Below are positions 27,185-41,077 of a stretch of DNA of 64,000 bases, one piece after another. The notes under the pieces were generated by a model, which saw nothing but the letters and a program-made list of their open reading frames with translations, was not told the DNA's origin and did not search any database. Source of the stretch: Paramecium tetraurelia (lineage: Eukaryota); contig CT868285.1 in NCBI GenBank assembly GCA_000165425.1, positions 62,001-126,000 of the forward strand. Reading direction: 5' to 3'. The translations under genes and the position numbers were made by a program. Position 1 is the first letter of the stretch. The number at the start of each line of letters is the position of its first letter.

Positions 27185-28737
27185 ATGATAATTATAAGAC
27201 TCTCTCGTCACTTCTCAAAAATCAAGAAGGACTTACTAACCAATCCTGAGTTTGATAAAATCCATCCTTAATTTTTAGATCATAAACCACCTACTACTTT
27301 ACATAGATAGTCTAAAGAAGTGCCTTATATTAAGTCCCTTTTGAGATATAAAGACATTGCTGTACCAACATTTGAAAATGCTTTACATCAAAATGTAATA
27401 TCATAATGTTATTAAGCAAGTTTAAAACATTTGTTGAAGGACATGTGAGTCCAAAAGGAGCTTTGAAAAACTTATCAGAGGAGTAACTAAAATAAATCCA
27501 AACTCAAATTACTAAGAAATTGCAAGATTTAGAGGATACTGGATTGTCGAGAGAAGAGATTTTGACAAATGGTGTAGATGTATATAAATAATTAAAGAAT
27601 TTAGAAAGGCATTCCATTAAGTTATGATGCATTTTTTTAGTTGTTAAAAAATAATGAGTAAGCACGTTTGGTTTATATGGCTCCTGGAGAAGAATTCACA
27701 GTTTAAAAGATTGTCGATATTGCTTTGAGGTAAGATATCGGTAAGGATTAATTTAATGTTCCAATTAATAAATATCCAAATAATATGAAATTAAAGAATC
27801 ATGATAAGTAGAAAGACATTTTAATAAACACGAAAGATCACTTAGAACATGTAAATGAATTGGTTAGTGATGAAGTCGTATATCATCATCATCCCTAACC
27901 AAGAAAACCTATCAGAAGAGTCAACAATTATGATATCCATTGGAGAAATACAGAATTCTTGGTGTAATTTTTGAACAAAAGTGGAAAGATAAAAAATAGA
28001 CATCAAACCAACTTAGCAGAGGTTTAACATAAAAAAGTATCGAGATCCATTAAAACAGCTAAGCATATGCGTATTTTAATATTTCTAATTTAGTTCTCTT
28101 ACCTTCAAATTCAATTGTTCAACCTTATCATAAGAAATCGCTCACTAGTTTTGAAGATGACATCTAAGAATTTGCAAGAAGAAAAGTAAATTTATCTACA
28201 GGCTAAGTTTATACAGAAACACCTTTACAAAAGAGAGAGAGATCTTTAGAAAGTCAGACTATGAATGAAGATGATTAAGAAATTAATCCAGGAACACCCA
28301 GACCAAACAATTTAAATATTATCAAAGGTATTGTCTATGCAGAGAAATTGAAAAAGAAAGAATTAGAATAATAAGGCATTAAATTGACTAAAGAAGAAGA
28401 AGATATAAGAAATTACAGATTTAATGGCAATGAAGTCAAATTATAAGCCATGAGGGATGAATAGTTGTTAAAATAAGAAATCAAGAAGGAAATTGATGCT
28501 AAAGACGGAGAGTTTGTGGAAGAATTTAATTAAATCAAAGTAAATTATTTCTAATTTAAATTATAGTCTAATGTTGAGAAAATCCCAACTTATTATTTAA
28601 GTTAAGCATTTATAAGCGAGTAAACCTTATAAATGGAAAGACTATAGGAACTTGTATATTAAAAGCCAAAATAGGCCTATACTTATGATGAAAGTTTAAG
28701 AATAATTGAAGAAGTCAAATCTAGATTAAATAAGTGA
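27185..28737 (+). CDS. Mitochondrial ribosomal protein bS18 family, with long extensions
   Basis: Presequence-like MIIIRLSRHFS; central DIHWRNTEFLVQFLNKSGKIKNRHQTNL..VQHKKVSRSIKTAKHMLLLP (S18 core). Confidence 0.8.
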
Positions 28738-28750
28738 TATTGTTGATATT

Positions 28751-29254
28751 CAATCATACACGTGTTTAAAACCAACATCTGTTTCACAAGATATTATTCT
28801 CTTTTCTAATGTTCCTGTAACATCTTGCAATTTCTCTTTATCACTTTTTAAAACATTTAATTGAGCATCCAAAAATTCAGCATCATGTTTAGCATCTTAA
28901 GATTTCTTTAATGCCTCATTTAGTTATCTTTTTGCCTTGATATATTACTATCAGTTATACATCATTTTATATAAAAGTACATAGATCATCGCTTGATTTG
29001 CCGTGATTATTTTTTACTGTTGCTATATCCATTCTTAAGTTAGACATCTCTTTTTTGCTGATTTCTAAGTCTTTTTTAAGTTCAGCTAAATAATTCTTCA
29101 AATATTGTTTAATCAATACTTCTAATTTTACTATGTGATCCTTAACATTTAATTAGAGACTCTCTTCGATTGACTTCTGCCTTTTTAGCATAAGCTTTTG
29201 TCTTTCTCTTTCTGGGTCTATTTCGCGATCAGATTCCAAACTCTCGTTTAGCAT
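28751..29254 (-). CDS. Hypothetical coiled-coil protein
   Basis: MLNESLESDREIDPERERQK..., one tiny intron near 28958-28979, TGA at 28751. Confidence 0.65.
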
Positions 29255-29273
29255 ATAAAAATATTAATAATTA

Positions 29274-30021
29274 TCATTATGTGGTTTCGGAATTTTTATT
29301 GTTTTGATATTATTTCTCGTAATCACTAGGAGATAATTTCTATGCTTGTTCAATTTTCTTTTAAACATACGATTGATGAGCCAACGAATTTTATAACTCC
29401 ATCATTGTTAATTGTTCTTATTGTTCTAATTCTGAGATTTTAAAATCATATAACTTCTTTTCCTTAATTATCTAATCCTTTTCATTTTCTATTTGATATC
29501 TAACTTTTTCTCTTTTTTATTTCAATTTCAACACAGCTACTTCAGTCGACTGCCTTTCTTCCTCCTTCACTTAAATAGCCTTTATTCTATAAACTTCTTG
29601 TTCCAAGCTTTTTTGCATTTAAACACTCTAAAAATCTTTTTTTAGTTATTCTCTAAACAGTTTTGCTTCTGATTTCTTTTTTAAGATCTCATCACCCTTT
29701 ATCTTCTTGAGAATTTGTCTTTGATGATGAGATACAGCCAGTGAGAATGGAGGAGGCTATGCTTATTTTTACTTTATTTTATTTTCTTTCTAAACATAAT
29801 ACCAAATAATAATGAACCTTTAATTGGATTTCCACTCTGTGTTTATATATTTCATCAGCCCGTTCTTCATCTTATTAAATGCGTTTCAACACTTTTTCAT
29901 GTTCTATTTTCAATTATAAAATGCGATTTTATATTTTTTATGCATCAGTCTCCGCCTACTTTTTCTACACAAGTGATGAAAACAAAGTTTTCTTCTCCTG
30001 GGCTTATTCTCCTGAAGACAT
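29274..30021 (-). CDS. Hypothetical coiled-coil protein
   Basis: MSSGEQAQEKK...KKQAETDAQKIQNRILQLK..., one intron near 29790-29817. Confidence 0.7.
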
Positions 30022-30090
30022 TTGATTGTGAATAAAATTAATAGTAAAAATCAATTAATTATATCTGCATTTACTATATAAAAAGTAGAG

Positions 30091-31428
30091 TCATAAGATT
30101 TAATTTTAGAAGTGTTTCTTGTTGTATTTCAAAGGTTTTTTATATAAATGATCTGTTGAATGAAACAGTCCTTTTAAAGTATCTTTGATTTGATCTGGCT
30201 ATAGAGTGTCCCTCAACGTAAAGTACAATATTTGTTCACTTTCCATTTTCTTAATAGTCTGAGTCTGGTCTCCAACAGGTAGGTTGTCAATTTGATTAAC
30301 AATATCATGCAATCTCGAATTAATCAATGATATTTTTCTATTAGATTTTATTTCCTCCTATTGATGTTGTGGAGTTAAAGAAAATGGGGCATATAATTTG
30401 CGACAAGTTTGCCCTTTTTTTCTAAAATATTGATCGGTATTCAATTTAGAGTCACTATTATTAGGCAGATGCCTTACCGTAGTAGCAAAGGTCAAATGTG
30501 GTTTTTAACCAGCTAAATTTTACATAATAATAATACTTGTTAAGATTTTATTAATTTCTTCCTTAGCCATATCCCTTTACTTTTATCTGTAATTTTTTGC
30601 TATTTTTTACATAAGGATCTCTTTTTGTATCTGATCCTATTTTTTATTATATATTTTCTTTGCTGCAGTCCAAATCATTTTAATTACCTTATCTGATTAT
30701 TCTTTATAATTTTATGCATTCAAATGACCAGAACCTTCAACTATTTCATCATCATCTTCAACATTATGGTAAGAGGATTTTTAAGAACTCTTGAATTCAA
30801 CATTTGTTGTTTTCCTTTTATACTTACGAATTTATTAAATTTCCCACAATTTTGCTTTTGCTTCTATTTCTCCTTTTATTTGATCTTAATGCGCTATGTT
30901 TAACTCTTTTCCGACGTTGATTGGAGACTCAAAATCATAATCAGAATTTTCTAATTCCCAGCACTACTCATAGTTTTCTTTCGCTTATTTACTTTTTTTT
31001 CTCTGTCCTTCTTACTATAGTTTATCTAAAATGATTTAAAATTTACAACTTTTTGCAAGTAAGTAATCCACATACTCATGTTCTTAATCATTTATTTACT
31101 CTCTTACTGGCAATTTAGGCATACTAAAATTAGCAGACAAAAGCCCTTTAGAATTAATGAAGGATGACAAATTCTCAAATTTTTTCATATTTCTTTAATA
31201 AAACTGTACATCCTTTGGTATTTATTGATGCTTCAATTTACTCTATGTCTTATCTATTAACTTATTCACTTTTTCAACAACAGTAGATTTTCTTTATAAA
31301 GGAAATTATTTTAAAAAGGCCAACTGTTGTATTTTTTTATTTGTTATTTTTGTTATGGTATTGGCTGTATTCTTCATGCTACTATCAGAATCTTAGGATT
31401 TTAGTATTTATTTTCGATTGTCTTGCAT
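30091..31428 (-). CDS. Hypothetical protein
   Basis: Long frame from MQDNRKQILKS with Q/K/E-rich composition and at least one tiny intron. Confidence 0.6.
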
Positions 31429-31590
31429 ATATAATTATATTAATAATATATATATAATTCACTGAGGTTGAAATCAAAAAGATATATGGATATTTAAGTT
31501 TAAGTTAAGAATTTACAATGTAACACACATTCAATATAAATGCTAATTTCAAACTGAAGATTCCAAATAAGATATCTATTAAGTGAATAT

Positions 31591-31668
31591 ATCCAATTAT
31601 TATAAGTTTTTATTAATAAATCCTATTATTATAAGATTATATTAATAAATCCTATTATTATAAGATGA
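31591..31668. repeat. Tandem repeat, 29-bp unit (TATTAATAAATCCTATTATTATAAGATTA), about 2.7 copies
   Basis: Copies at 31611-31639 and 31640-31668 are near-identical, with a degenerate partial copy at 31591-31610. Intergenic. Confidence 0.8.
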
Positions 31669-31990
31669 TGTTAATATAATTTTAATATAAAAGCAATATT
31701 TTAACAATTAGCTGATATTATGTAGTATAACAATAGCTTAGTATTTTTACTCAATTTATTTAATTAGTATTTTATTTGAAGAAAAAGAAATGATATCAGA
31801 ATAGCTTGTTAATAACTTCAAGCTTAATTGGAAAATACTAAATATTCAAACATTAACTATTCTTCAACAAAATCTAAATCAAAAAAGTGATTTTTACTGA
31901 AAGGTTTCAGATATAATAATATGAAAACAACAATGTTCTTTAAAAAATATTTAGAATGTAGAATAATAAGTTTAGTAAATTTAATTAATT

Positions 31991-33065
31991 TCAATCAAAT
32001 AAATTTTAGTATTTATTCACTAATTATTCTAAAAATTGAATATTGGCCTTTAAATCCTAATTCTAAGATGTTAAATCAAAATTCAATTGTTTCAGTTAGT
32101 TGTTCTTTGTTATGATCTCTTCATAATTAGTACAATATAAAGGTTCAATCATATGAATATATTATTCCGTTTAAATATCTTAATCTTTCAAAAGGGTTGA
32201 AGCTTAAACTGAAGCATTTGAATAAGTCCTTTCTTATTTTTCTATTTTATCACTATTTTATTTTTGTATTATTCGAAGTTGATCATCTAAAACCTACCTT
32301 TATTATTCAATGTGAGTAAGTTATTGTTTTAGTTGATCAATCTTGCATTCATAACTACTTGTTAGTTAATAAAGTTAATCATTCATTTTTGTGTCGTATT
32401 CTCTACTGAGTCTATCAAAAATAATTCTTCAGATATGGTAAATTCATACTTTATTTATTACTCATTTTTTTCTTTTATTCTCTAAATGTCCCAAGTGTGT
32501 CTTTCATTGATTTCATTTCTTTCTCTTAAAAATTATTATCTATATTGTTCAAGTTGATACTCAAAATTAGTCTAAATCTAAATCTTTAACTATTATAAGC
32601 TATTTTAATAATTAAATTTTTCTTCTTCCTCTTTTGAAGCATACTATTATTTGATCTTTTCAATCTATTACTCATAATATTTATGCAATTTTATTATTTC
32701 TTATTGATTATTTTGTATTATTTGTTATAAAGTGCCTTCATTTTATTATTATATTATTGCTAACTTTTTATTATTTGCTTCATTTAGTAGGTCTTGAGAT
32801 TCTAGAAATGCTTAATGAATAATTTATTTATTTGTCTCTGTTTTTTTCCTTTCCACATCAACCAAGAATAGCATTTCTAGTTTTGTTTTTTCAACCTTGA
32901 CATAAATCAAAAATTCTTACATCCAATTAAACAGATTTATTGATGTCTTAAATTAAGCCTTTTTAATTCAACGAATTAACTCTCTTTCCCTTACTTATAA
33001 TAAAACTTACTTAAAACAGGATTGGAGGTAATTGGTCTAGTCGAGACTCTTTGTTTTGGATACAT
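31991..33065 (-). CDS. Hypothetical Gln-rich coiled-coil protein
   Basis: MYPKQRVSTRPITSNP..., heptad-rich body with many TAA-Gln codons. Exon junctions approximate. Confidence 0.55.
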
Positions 33066-33538
33066 AGTAATTTATATTAAAAGAATTATCCAATATAATA
33101 ATTTTAATGAATAATACAATAATAATAATTGTGCTCGATTTAGGATAGAATGATAAAATGATTCGAAATGAGAATACTTTCAAACTTAAGGTTAGAATCA
33201 AGATAGGATCATTGACTATGTAAAAAGGATTCTGAAATATTGTAACAGCTTATAATAAACTATTAAATTAAATAAATTGTTATGTCTTAAATTGATATAT
33301 CTAAGATCAATACTTTGATGTAACAAATTGAAATACCGTTATCATAACTTGGATTTTATGGACGGAAAAAAGAAAGGCCTTTAAAGTATTTTGTAAATTG
33401 TGTATTATTATATTCAAAAAACATTTTTACAAAATAATTTATCTGAGGTCCAAGATACAATCTTAGTTTTCTTTACAAAATAATTTGAGTAAACATAGGA
33501 GCAATTATATTTGTAAGAAATCTGTAGATAAATTTCAA

Positions 33539-34248
33539 TCAAGTGATGCAATTAAGGAGTTGATTCATCATCAGAAGCTTCTGTTCTAAAAATCCTATTT
33601 TACTAGTTAATTAATTTCTTCCGTCTTTATTCTAATTTGAATTTAACAGCTTCATCTTAAATTTTCATTTCTGATTTTCTATAATGATCCATTCTTTCAG
33701 TCTCTGATTTATAATCCTATATTAATAATTAAAATTACAGACATTAATTTATCCAAAGAAGGTTCTTGCTCTTTCTTATGCATCTAAATTTATAAAGTCA
33801 AGTTCATTTGTTATCCTCTTGATTTCTAATGGTTTTCATTAAGCTCAAGTCCTATTAGAACATTTTCGCGATCTATTAATTCAGTAATTGAAGAGGTTCT
33901 AGAAACAGTCAAATATTTAGGAGTTTAAAGCTTAATGTAACACAATTATTCCTCTTCCTCTTAAGATATTTTTTGCTATACCATAGATTTTATTTTATCT
34001 GATCGAGAAAGCACAAACTAAATTTTATCAAGGAAATAGTTTTTAATAGGGTCTTTGTGAAAATCATAATACTCAACCAATTAAGCTACATAGAAAAGTT
34101 CAGTATACCATATTTTTAAATCAAAATATTGATTTTCGATCTAGTCAATACTTTGATATGAAATCCTTCCTCTATGCTGTTAATGCTGAAAAAAAGTCTG
34201 GATTTAATTGTGAAATTTTAGACTATCTACTCTATTATTCTTACTCAT
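33539..34248 (-). CDS. Hypothetical protein
   Basis: MSKNNRVDSLKF...LVEYYDFHKDPIKNYFLDKIQFVL..., intron near 33717-33738. Confidence 0.6.
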
Positions 34249-34495
34249 TTAGTAAAAATAACTAAATAATTTAGAATGAATTTTATATATTTATGCTTGA
34301 CAAAATAATATTTTTAATTTAGAAAATCGATTAAATACTATTTATATATAAAAAAAAGGGATTCCTTGAAATAACATTATCGATTCGAAACAATGACAGG
34401 AGGATGTTTAATTGCTTAGTTGTACTCTTTAGAAACTAAAATAGCAATTTTTGGAACTTTTTTAATCAAAATATTAATTAAACTATAAACTAGAA

Positions 34496-35723
34496 ATGAA
34501 TCCAAAAAATAGTACACAAAATTTTAATTTTGATAAGTAATCCATCATAAATAATTCTTGCCCTAATAAGTCTGGCTAGAACTGTACTATTAATTTTAAT
34601 TTTTAGTTAGTGTTTATGATGACTATCAATATAAGAAAGTAATACCAAAGTTAGACTCTAAAGATCAAATGTTCCATTCTAATGTCTTTGATACAACAGA
34701 AACCTTAAAATAATAAATAATAGATTTACAAAGACAAATTAAAATAAAGGAACTTAGTAATGAGTAATTAGCTAATGCTCTTTTTTCACAATAACAAAAA
34801 TATGAAGAACTGAAAGCAGCCTTTGCCTAACTTGAAGAAGATAAGAAAAATACCCAAAAATAATTAAAGGAACATGCTGAAAAAAACGAATTTAACTAAT
34901 TTGACATGAAACAATAATAAGAAATTAATACGTTATTTCAGAATGAAAATACTTAATTGAAAATAGCATCTGTTAAAGTAATACTTCTATATAAATTAGT
35001 TTAAAGACACTATAGAAAAATTATAAACTGAGAATAAATAATTGAAAGATCAAATCGAGTCATTGATGAATAATCCATTGAGTTGCGAAAGGAAAGGCAG
35101 TTCAAGGCTTTCCTTTGATAATTTTTTAAACGAAGCAGATCAAACTTAACCAGGTTAAGGTATTTCTAGTACTTCACTACAGAATTGCGATAAGAATTGT
35201 ATTTGTTCTAAAAGACTATTATATTAATAAGCAGAGATTAAAAAATATTAAATCTAATTATTTGAGAAGGACCAACTTATTGCTAAATTAACACAGCAGA
35301 ATAGTGTTCTCTAGAAAACTTAAGGGAAGATTTAAAAATGCTAGAAAAAGCAAAATCTATTAGGAACTCCTAATAGTGGATTATCAAAATAAGATCCTAT
35401 ATTAGTCCAAGATGATAGCAATGATACTTCTCGATAGTTAAACGCATATTTGAGTGACAAGAAGTTCAACAATATTAACAATACCTTAGAGTCATAAATG
35501 CCAGTACTATTATATTATGAAATATTAGTTAAAAACATCTTCTAGTGCTAGATCAGTTTTAATGAATAAATCTAAAAGAGAAGTAGAGTCAATGTATAAA
35601 AAAATGAATTAGTCAGCATTATTTACAGCTAGTTTATTTTCGAATATGCTTGATTATAAAAATTTGCATGAAAATAATTCATAAATCAGGAGTACTAATT
35701 TTAATTAGGTAAAGCAGTTGTGA
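34496..35723 (+). CDS. Hypothetical coiled-coil protein
   Basis: MNPKNSTQNF..., several tiny GT-AG introns, heptad pattern, TGA 35721-35723. Confidence 0.62.
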
Positions 35724-35969
35724 AAAATTAATTTGTTATCATTTTTTAAACTTCTTATTGTAAGTCTTATATAAATTATCGTATAATTTAATTAGAAAAT
35801 CGTAAATTATAGATTTTTTATTTAATACTTATACTTATATTTTATGGTAGTATTAATAATAAATTGCTCAATAAATTGACATCACAAATTTATTGTATTG
35901 TTTAAATATTTCTAAATCACCTAATTAAATTAATATAAAATATAATTGTTAAAAATACTTATTAATTAA

Positions 35970-36730
35970 TCAAAATTATTTTTCTGGAGATTTTGACAAT
36001 TTCTTTGATGATTAAGTGAGCATTTTATAATCTTCACTCATTTCGAGCTCTGATTTAACTATTTAAAGTTCTTTTTCTAATCGTTCTATGTATGTATCTC
36101 TTTCTTCCAACTTTTTTTAATAATCCTAACTAACATGAGAAACTTCTTCCTTTAGAGTCTTTAGTTTCTTTTCAATTTTACTGCCTTTTTCTTCTTTTAG
36201 TTATCTAATCAAACTTTGTAAATTGCTATTTTAGGATTTTAATTAGTCTTTTTCATGCTTTAACTATTTATTTTATAATTCAATTTCCTTGAGTTTTAAT
36301 TATTGATTTTCGTATTCTTCCTTTACTCTTAACATAGAATCAAGTTAGTTTTACAAATCAATATTTTACTTATAATTATTTTAATTATTACTTAAGTAAG
36401 TTCTTTCAATTAACTTCCAACATTTTCCTCTAAAAACAAAAGTCTCTTCTCCAAATCGTTTTACCTTTATGTTTCCTGCAATGATTATGTTTATTTATGC
36501 AATATTTATTCAGCCATTTATTTTGAGATTTTTATTAATTCTGACATTGTGTCCTTAAATTGATTAATGCTTAATTGTGGCATATCAGTTCTTATTCTAA
36601 TTTTTAACAATTTAGTTAGAGTTTTAATTGTCTTATGAAGATCTGAAATATATTTTTGAGGTACTTCAATACTGTCAACAGCCTAAAATTTTTGTTGCAA
36701 ATCAGTTTTCAAATCACTAATGTTTAACAT
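35970..36730 (-). CDS. Hypothetical coiled-coil protein
   Basis: MLNISDLKTDLQQKF..., one 23-nt intron, TGA at 35970. Confidence 0.65.
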
Positions 36731-37373
36731 ATAAATTTTATAAATTTAATACTCATATTCAAAAGCAGAAAAAAATATGGATTTAAATACATATTCATGA
36801 TTAATTCATTGGATTGTATAGAAAGGTAGATTTATTTGTTAATTTCTTTATACACTTTTCAACAGATTCTTGAGAACTAGAATAATACATTTTATAATTA
36901 TATTAAATATGATCATAATTCTATATTTAAATTCTTAATATATAGAAGATATTTAATGAAATATCAATTCATTATAGTATCCTATTCTATCCAATATATG
37001 CTATTACAATTAACACTTATTCTTCAAAAAAATAAATTATTTAACAGAAAATCATTAACAATATTACTTAAAAGAAAAATAAAATCTGAAAACCATTGTT
37101 TGAATGCTTTGTTAAAGGTGAAATCTCATTTAGAGGTTTATAGTTTATAATAAAATTTAATATTTATATAGTTGTTAAATATATTATAATTGTTTTTCTA
37201 ATTTTCAACGAATAAATGGCAAAAGACTTTTATGTTTTAAGTGTAAATTTTGATTCTATGACAAGAAATAAAGCTCCTAATAATGTTTCAGTTCATTAGG
37301 CAATTTTGAATCTATTCAACATGTAAACGATTCTAATAAATGGGATGATATAAAATAGTCAAGATAAGACTTA

Positions 37374-38258
37374 ATGAAGAAATATCAATAATTCAAGACG
37401 AATGAAGCAAAATAAACAACTCTGTCAACCTATTAATCTTAAAAAGTAATTAAAATTATTTAATTTTAGGTTCTCGTTCCAAAGCTAGAGAATTTTGACA
37501 TTAAACTAAATATCAAGAGAGACAATGTAATTAAATATAGAGATAAAGAAAACATTACAAGTTCTTAATAGAAACAGTCAGAAAAATCTGGAATGAGCAG
37601 TTAAAGAATTAGATAAGAATCTGTATATGATAGGTATAAGACCTTTATGAATTAAGATTATATAATTAAAGAGATACTGAAAAAAAAGCAGGAAGACCAG
37701 TTTAGAATAAAGCTATTTTAACCAACAATTCAAATCAATAATCAAAATCAATATTAGCTCACAATATCCTAATTCAGAAACGATCTTCTGATCCATCAAT
37801 ATTAATGCCCATATCCTCTTTGATTAAAAAAACTTAAAAATAATAAATAGTTTAACAGCAAGACGAAAATAATACACAATTTTAAAACTTCCAAGAATAG
37901 GTTAATAATGAAGAACAATATAAAGTTAATGTCAGTAGAATACAAGATTACCACCCTGCGAAAAAGGACAGCTCTAAATAAATTTAGCCTATAGAATTTC
38001 AAACTAACGTTAATTTATCATAATTACCAATTAAGCATTGTTATTTTTCTTTAGTAAATGCAGAAGAAAGTAAATAAAATTGTTAAAATAGAGTTATAAA
38101 ATAAAAAAGTTAGATCACAAAGCACTGAGAAAATTAAAACTAAATAACACTTGAAATCCTCAAAAGGAAATCGAGCACATACTTAAGGGAAGTAGGAAAT
38201 TAAAAATTAATCAAAAATCAATAGATTATACGAATATATATTGGAAGGGAATTACTGA
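37374..38258 (+). CDS. Hypothetical low-complexity protein
   Basis: MKKYQQFKTNEAK...intron...VLVPKLENF...SVYDRYK...FQPTIQIN. The start may lie upstream at 37217. Confidence 0.55.
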
Positions 38259-38270
38259 GATATTACTTAA

Positions 38271-39998
38271 TCATATCTATACATTTAACTCAATTTGTTC
38301 AGGTTTTTATTCAATTAATTCTGTAATGTTTAATTTTTTATCGTTATCTGCTCGTTTAGTAACACGCTAGAGAATAATCCATATTGCAATTATTAAAATT
38401 ATTAAAACGCCAATATAAAATAAGGTCTAAAGTTTCTAATATTAGATGACTTTTTATTAGTTCTACTCTTATTGAAGATTCTTAAGAATCAAAGCTACAA
38501 TTTATTTTTTATAATTACTAGTTTAATTGTCTTCTCCATGCGAATTAAAATAGAATTTCACTTCATTTCCAAGATTAGATTCCTGTAAAATTAAAAAATA
38601 AACCATTTAACTTCGAGGTTTGAACTAATTATTGGAGAAGGTATTGTTTGAAAATTCTATGATACTTAATTTACTCGTATCAATATGTTCCCTATCAAAT
38701 TCCTCTTGATATTTAATATCCATGGAATATGCCTCAACAAGTTAAACAGTATTAGAAACAACAAATTATTAATTATTGCCATTGGATACACCATGATTGA
38801 TGCATTAAATTTCAACAATATATTGATTTGGAGAAAATTCTTTTTTAAATCTCTCAATATCATCCAAGTCATATTAGTATACATTTTTGATAAAGGGTTG
38901 AAAAGGCAAGTACTTAATAAAGTGAATTAAAGGAGGAAATTCAGTTTTGAATAATTTAATCGTTTATTCTTTATCGGGATAAAAGTTTTAAAAAAAATTT
39001 GAGTAAGCTTATTCTCCTAATTCTGGACTAATAGCAATGACTCCTAAAATAAATAAGGTTTAAGTTTATACCTTAAGAAAGCATCCAATCAGCAGCTTCA
39101 CCATTTGCAGTGTATTAGACTAATTCTATTGCATGTCCTATTTTGTATCTCCCTTAAAATTCTCCTTTTTGCTTAAAATCTTCATAAATCAAATATGGAA
39201 CTCCATCTTTATCTAATTCTTCATTATCATAACTATATGGTATGACCCATAAATTTCCAAAACAATGCAAATTCATGGCCATTTTAATATTATAATTTTC
39301 AACAACATTTTTGATCGCTTAAGTTTCCTTTTCAGAAAAAGCAGCACTTCCTCTATAAGTCTCATCACAAGGATCATTAGAACTACCTATATTATCATAG
39401 GCAAAATGATATCCATAGTTTCTGTTTAAATCTATTCCAGCTAATTCACCCTATTAATAACAATTAATAGTTCGATTGAGATTTTTTCTAGTTTAGGGTT
39501 AGTAAATATGCTTATTCAATTCAGATTCAATTTCATTGTATCCGTCAATATTAACAAATGGGACAATCCTATTTATAACTCAATAAGATACATAATGCAA
39601 TTATGAGTAATCATATTAATATAATAGGGATTCTTTTCATGTTTTACTTCCCATAAAATATAGAGAAACAAGTATATATTCATCTACAAACTAGCTACTT
39701 CTCTAGAATGATGCAAACTAGTTATAAGCATCTTTGGTTTTTCTTTGCTAAAATTAGAGCATAATGAATAAGAATTAATGGTTTTATTAAGATAAGATTA
39801 TCCAATCGATTAGGAATGAACAAGGTTAGTTGAGTTTTCAAGTTCTGCAAATAAATTTTCCACATCTTTCATTGATAACCTACCTTAAGGTAATGAACCA
39901 TTTATCAACTCGTTCATGATATGATTGAGATCTTGATCAAGAATACCCTTGGAATAAAAGCAATACAATGTTGGTATCAATGAAAATAAAATTATCAT
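38271..39998 (-). CDS. Zinc carboxypeptidase (M14) with signal peptide and C-terminal TM
   Basis: HHSRE (HxxE zinc motif), VPFVNIDGY, RKN, GIDLNRNY, PCDETYRGSAAFSEKE, MNLHCFG. Confidence 0.92.
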
Positions 39999-40013
39999 TA
40001 ATATAATTAAATA

Positions 40014-40250
40014 ATGAAAGTGAAAAGTGCTTTGAAAAAGATGTGTGAACATTGTTATTTCTAAAGGAAAGGTAAGAAGGTGTATGTGAGATGCAAATCT
40101 GATCCTCGTCATAAGTAGAGATAGGGGAATAAATTCTCTACGATGATAGGAAACCCGTATGTTGAGAATGGAATGTTCATCTAAATCCCTCAATTTCCTG
40201 AATATCATATTGATTTCAAGGATTTTATTAAGAGGCTACCATTTATGTGA
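40014..40250 (+). CDS. MRPL36: Ribosomal protein bL36 (mitochondrial) with C-terminal extension
   Basis: [38 protein letters not shown] is the canonical L36 CxxC...C...H zinc ribbon, followed by 40 extra residues. Confidence 0.92.
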
Positions 40251-40474
40251 GTTAATTATAAAAAGAGCATACAAATAATCATTATCTACTGCTATTATTA
40301 TTAGTGTTTTCAAAATTAAATTTAGTTGTGAAATTTGTTTAACATGCACAACTAAATTTAAAAATCAAATATTATAAAATTGAGATGAACAAAATATAAG
40401 CCAATCGAATTTTAAATAAATACAAATCGCATTATATTCTAGATATTGTAAATATAATTAGATATTTAATATTT

Positions 40475-41077
40475 TCATATTTATTTAAGCTATTGTACTT
40501 CTTGTCGCCAGGAGAGACTGAATTCATTTACTTTGGACAAGAATTCCTCTTGAAAATTTGAATCTCTATTGATGTGTTTTAAATCAATGAGCTTAGGCTT
40601 TGGCTTTTAGACTTAATCGTACTCCTTCAATTATCCATACACACTATTTTGAATATCATTATATTTTAAGGTTTCCACAGTCTGTTTCAAATCTTCGTTT
40701 TCTTGGAGGATAGGAATCTTGATCTGCTTTAACATCTCAAGATTTTTGGACCAGAGATGGCTTGCCTATTGTTCATATGATTATATGATTTGGAACATTT
40801 GGCTTAAGAGATCGAGCAAATCAGGGACTGTGGTATAGCCTGAGGAATGAATACTTTCTCTTCACTTTGAATTGATTTCAATTTTTAATGAACGGAATAG
40901 GCATGACCATTGGAAAAAGATGTCTATCTCTGAGAAATCGGCATCTTGGGAGGTGAAAACTAAGGACTCGACTTTCTCTTGTTTTTGTTTTTTCTGGGAA
41001 TCAGTTATTAATTTCAAATACCTTAGCTTATAATCGATTAATTTTTGAACCAGGATGTTGTGGGAAATTTGATTCAT
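40475..41077 (-). CDS. Hypothetical protein
   Basis: MNQISHNILVQKLIDYKL... ends FQEEFLSKVNEFSLSWRQEV. Needs either two introns (28 + 26 nt) or read-through of TGA at 40862-40864. Confidence 0.55.
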
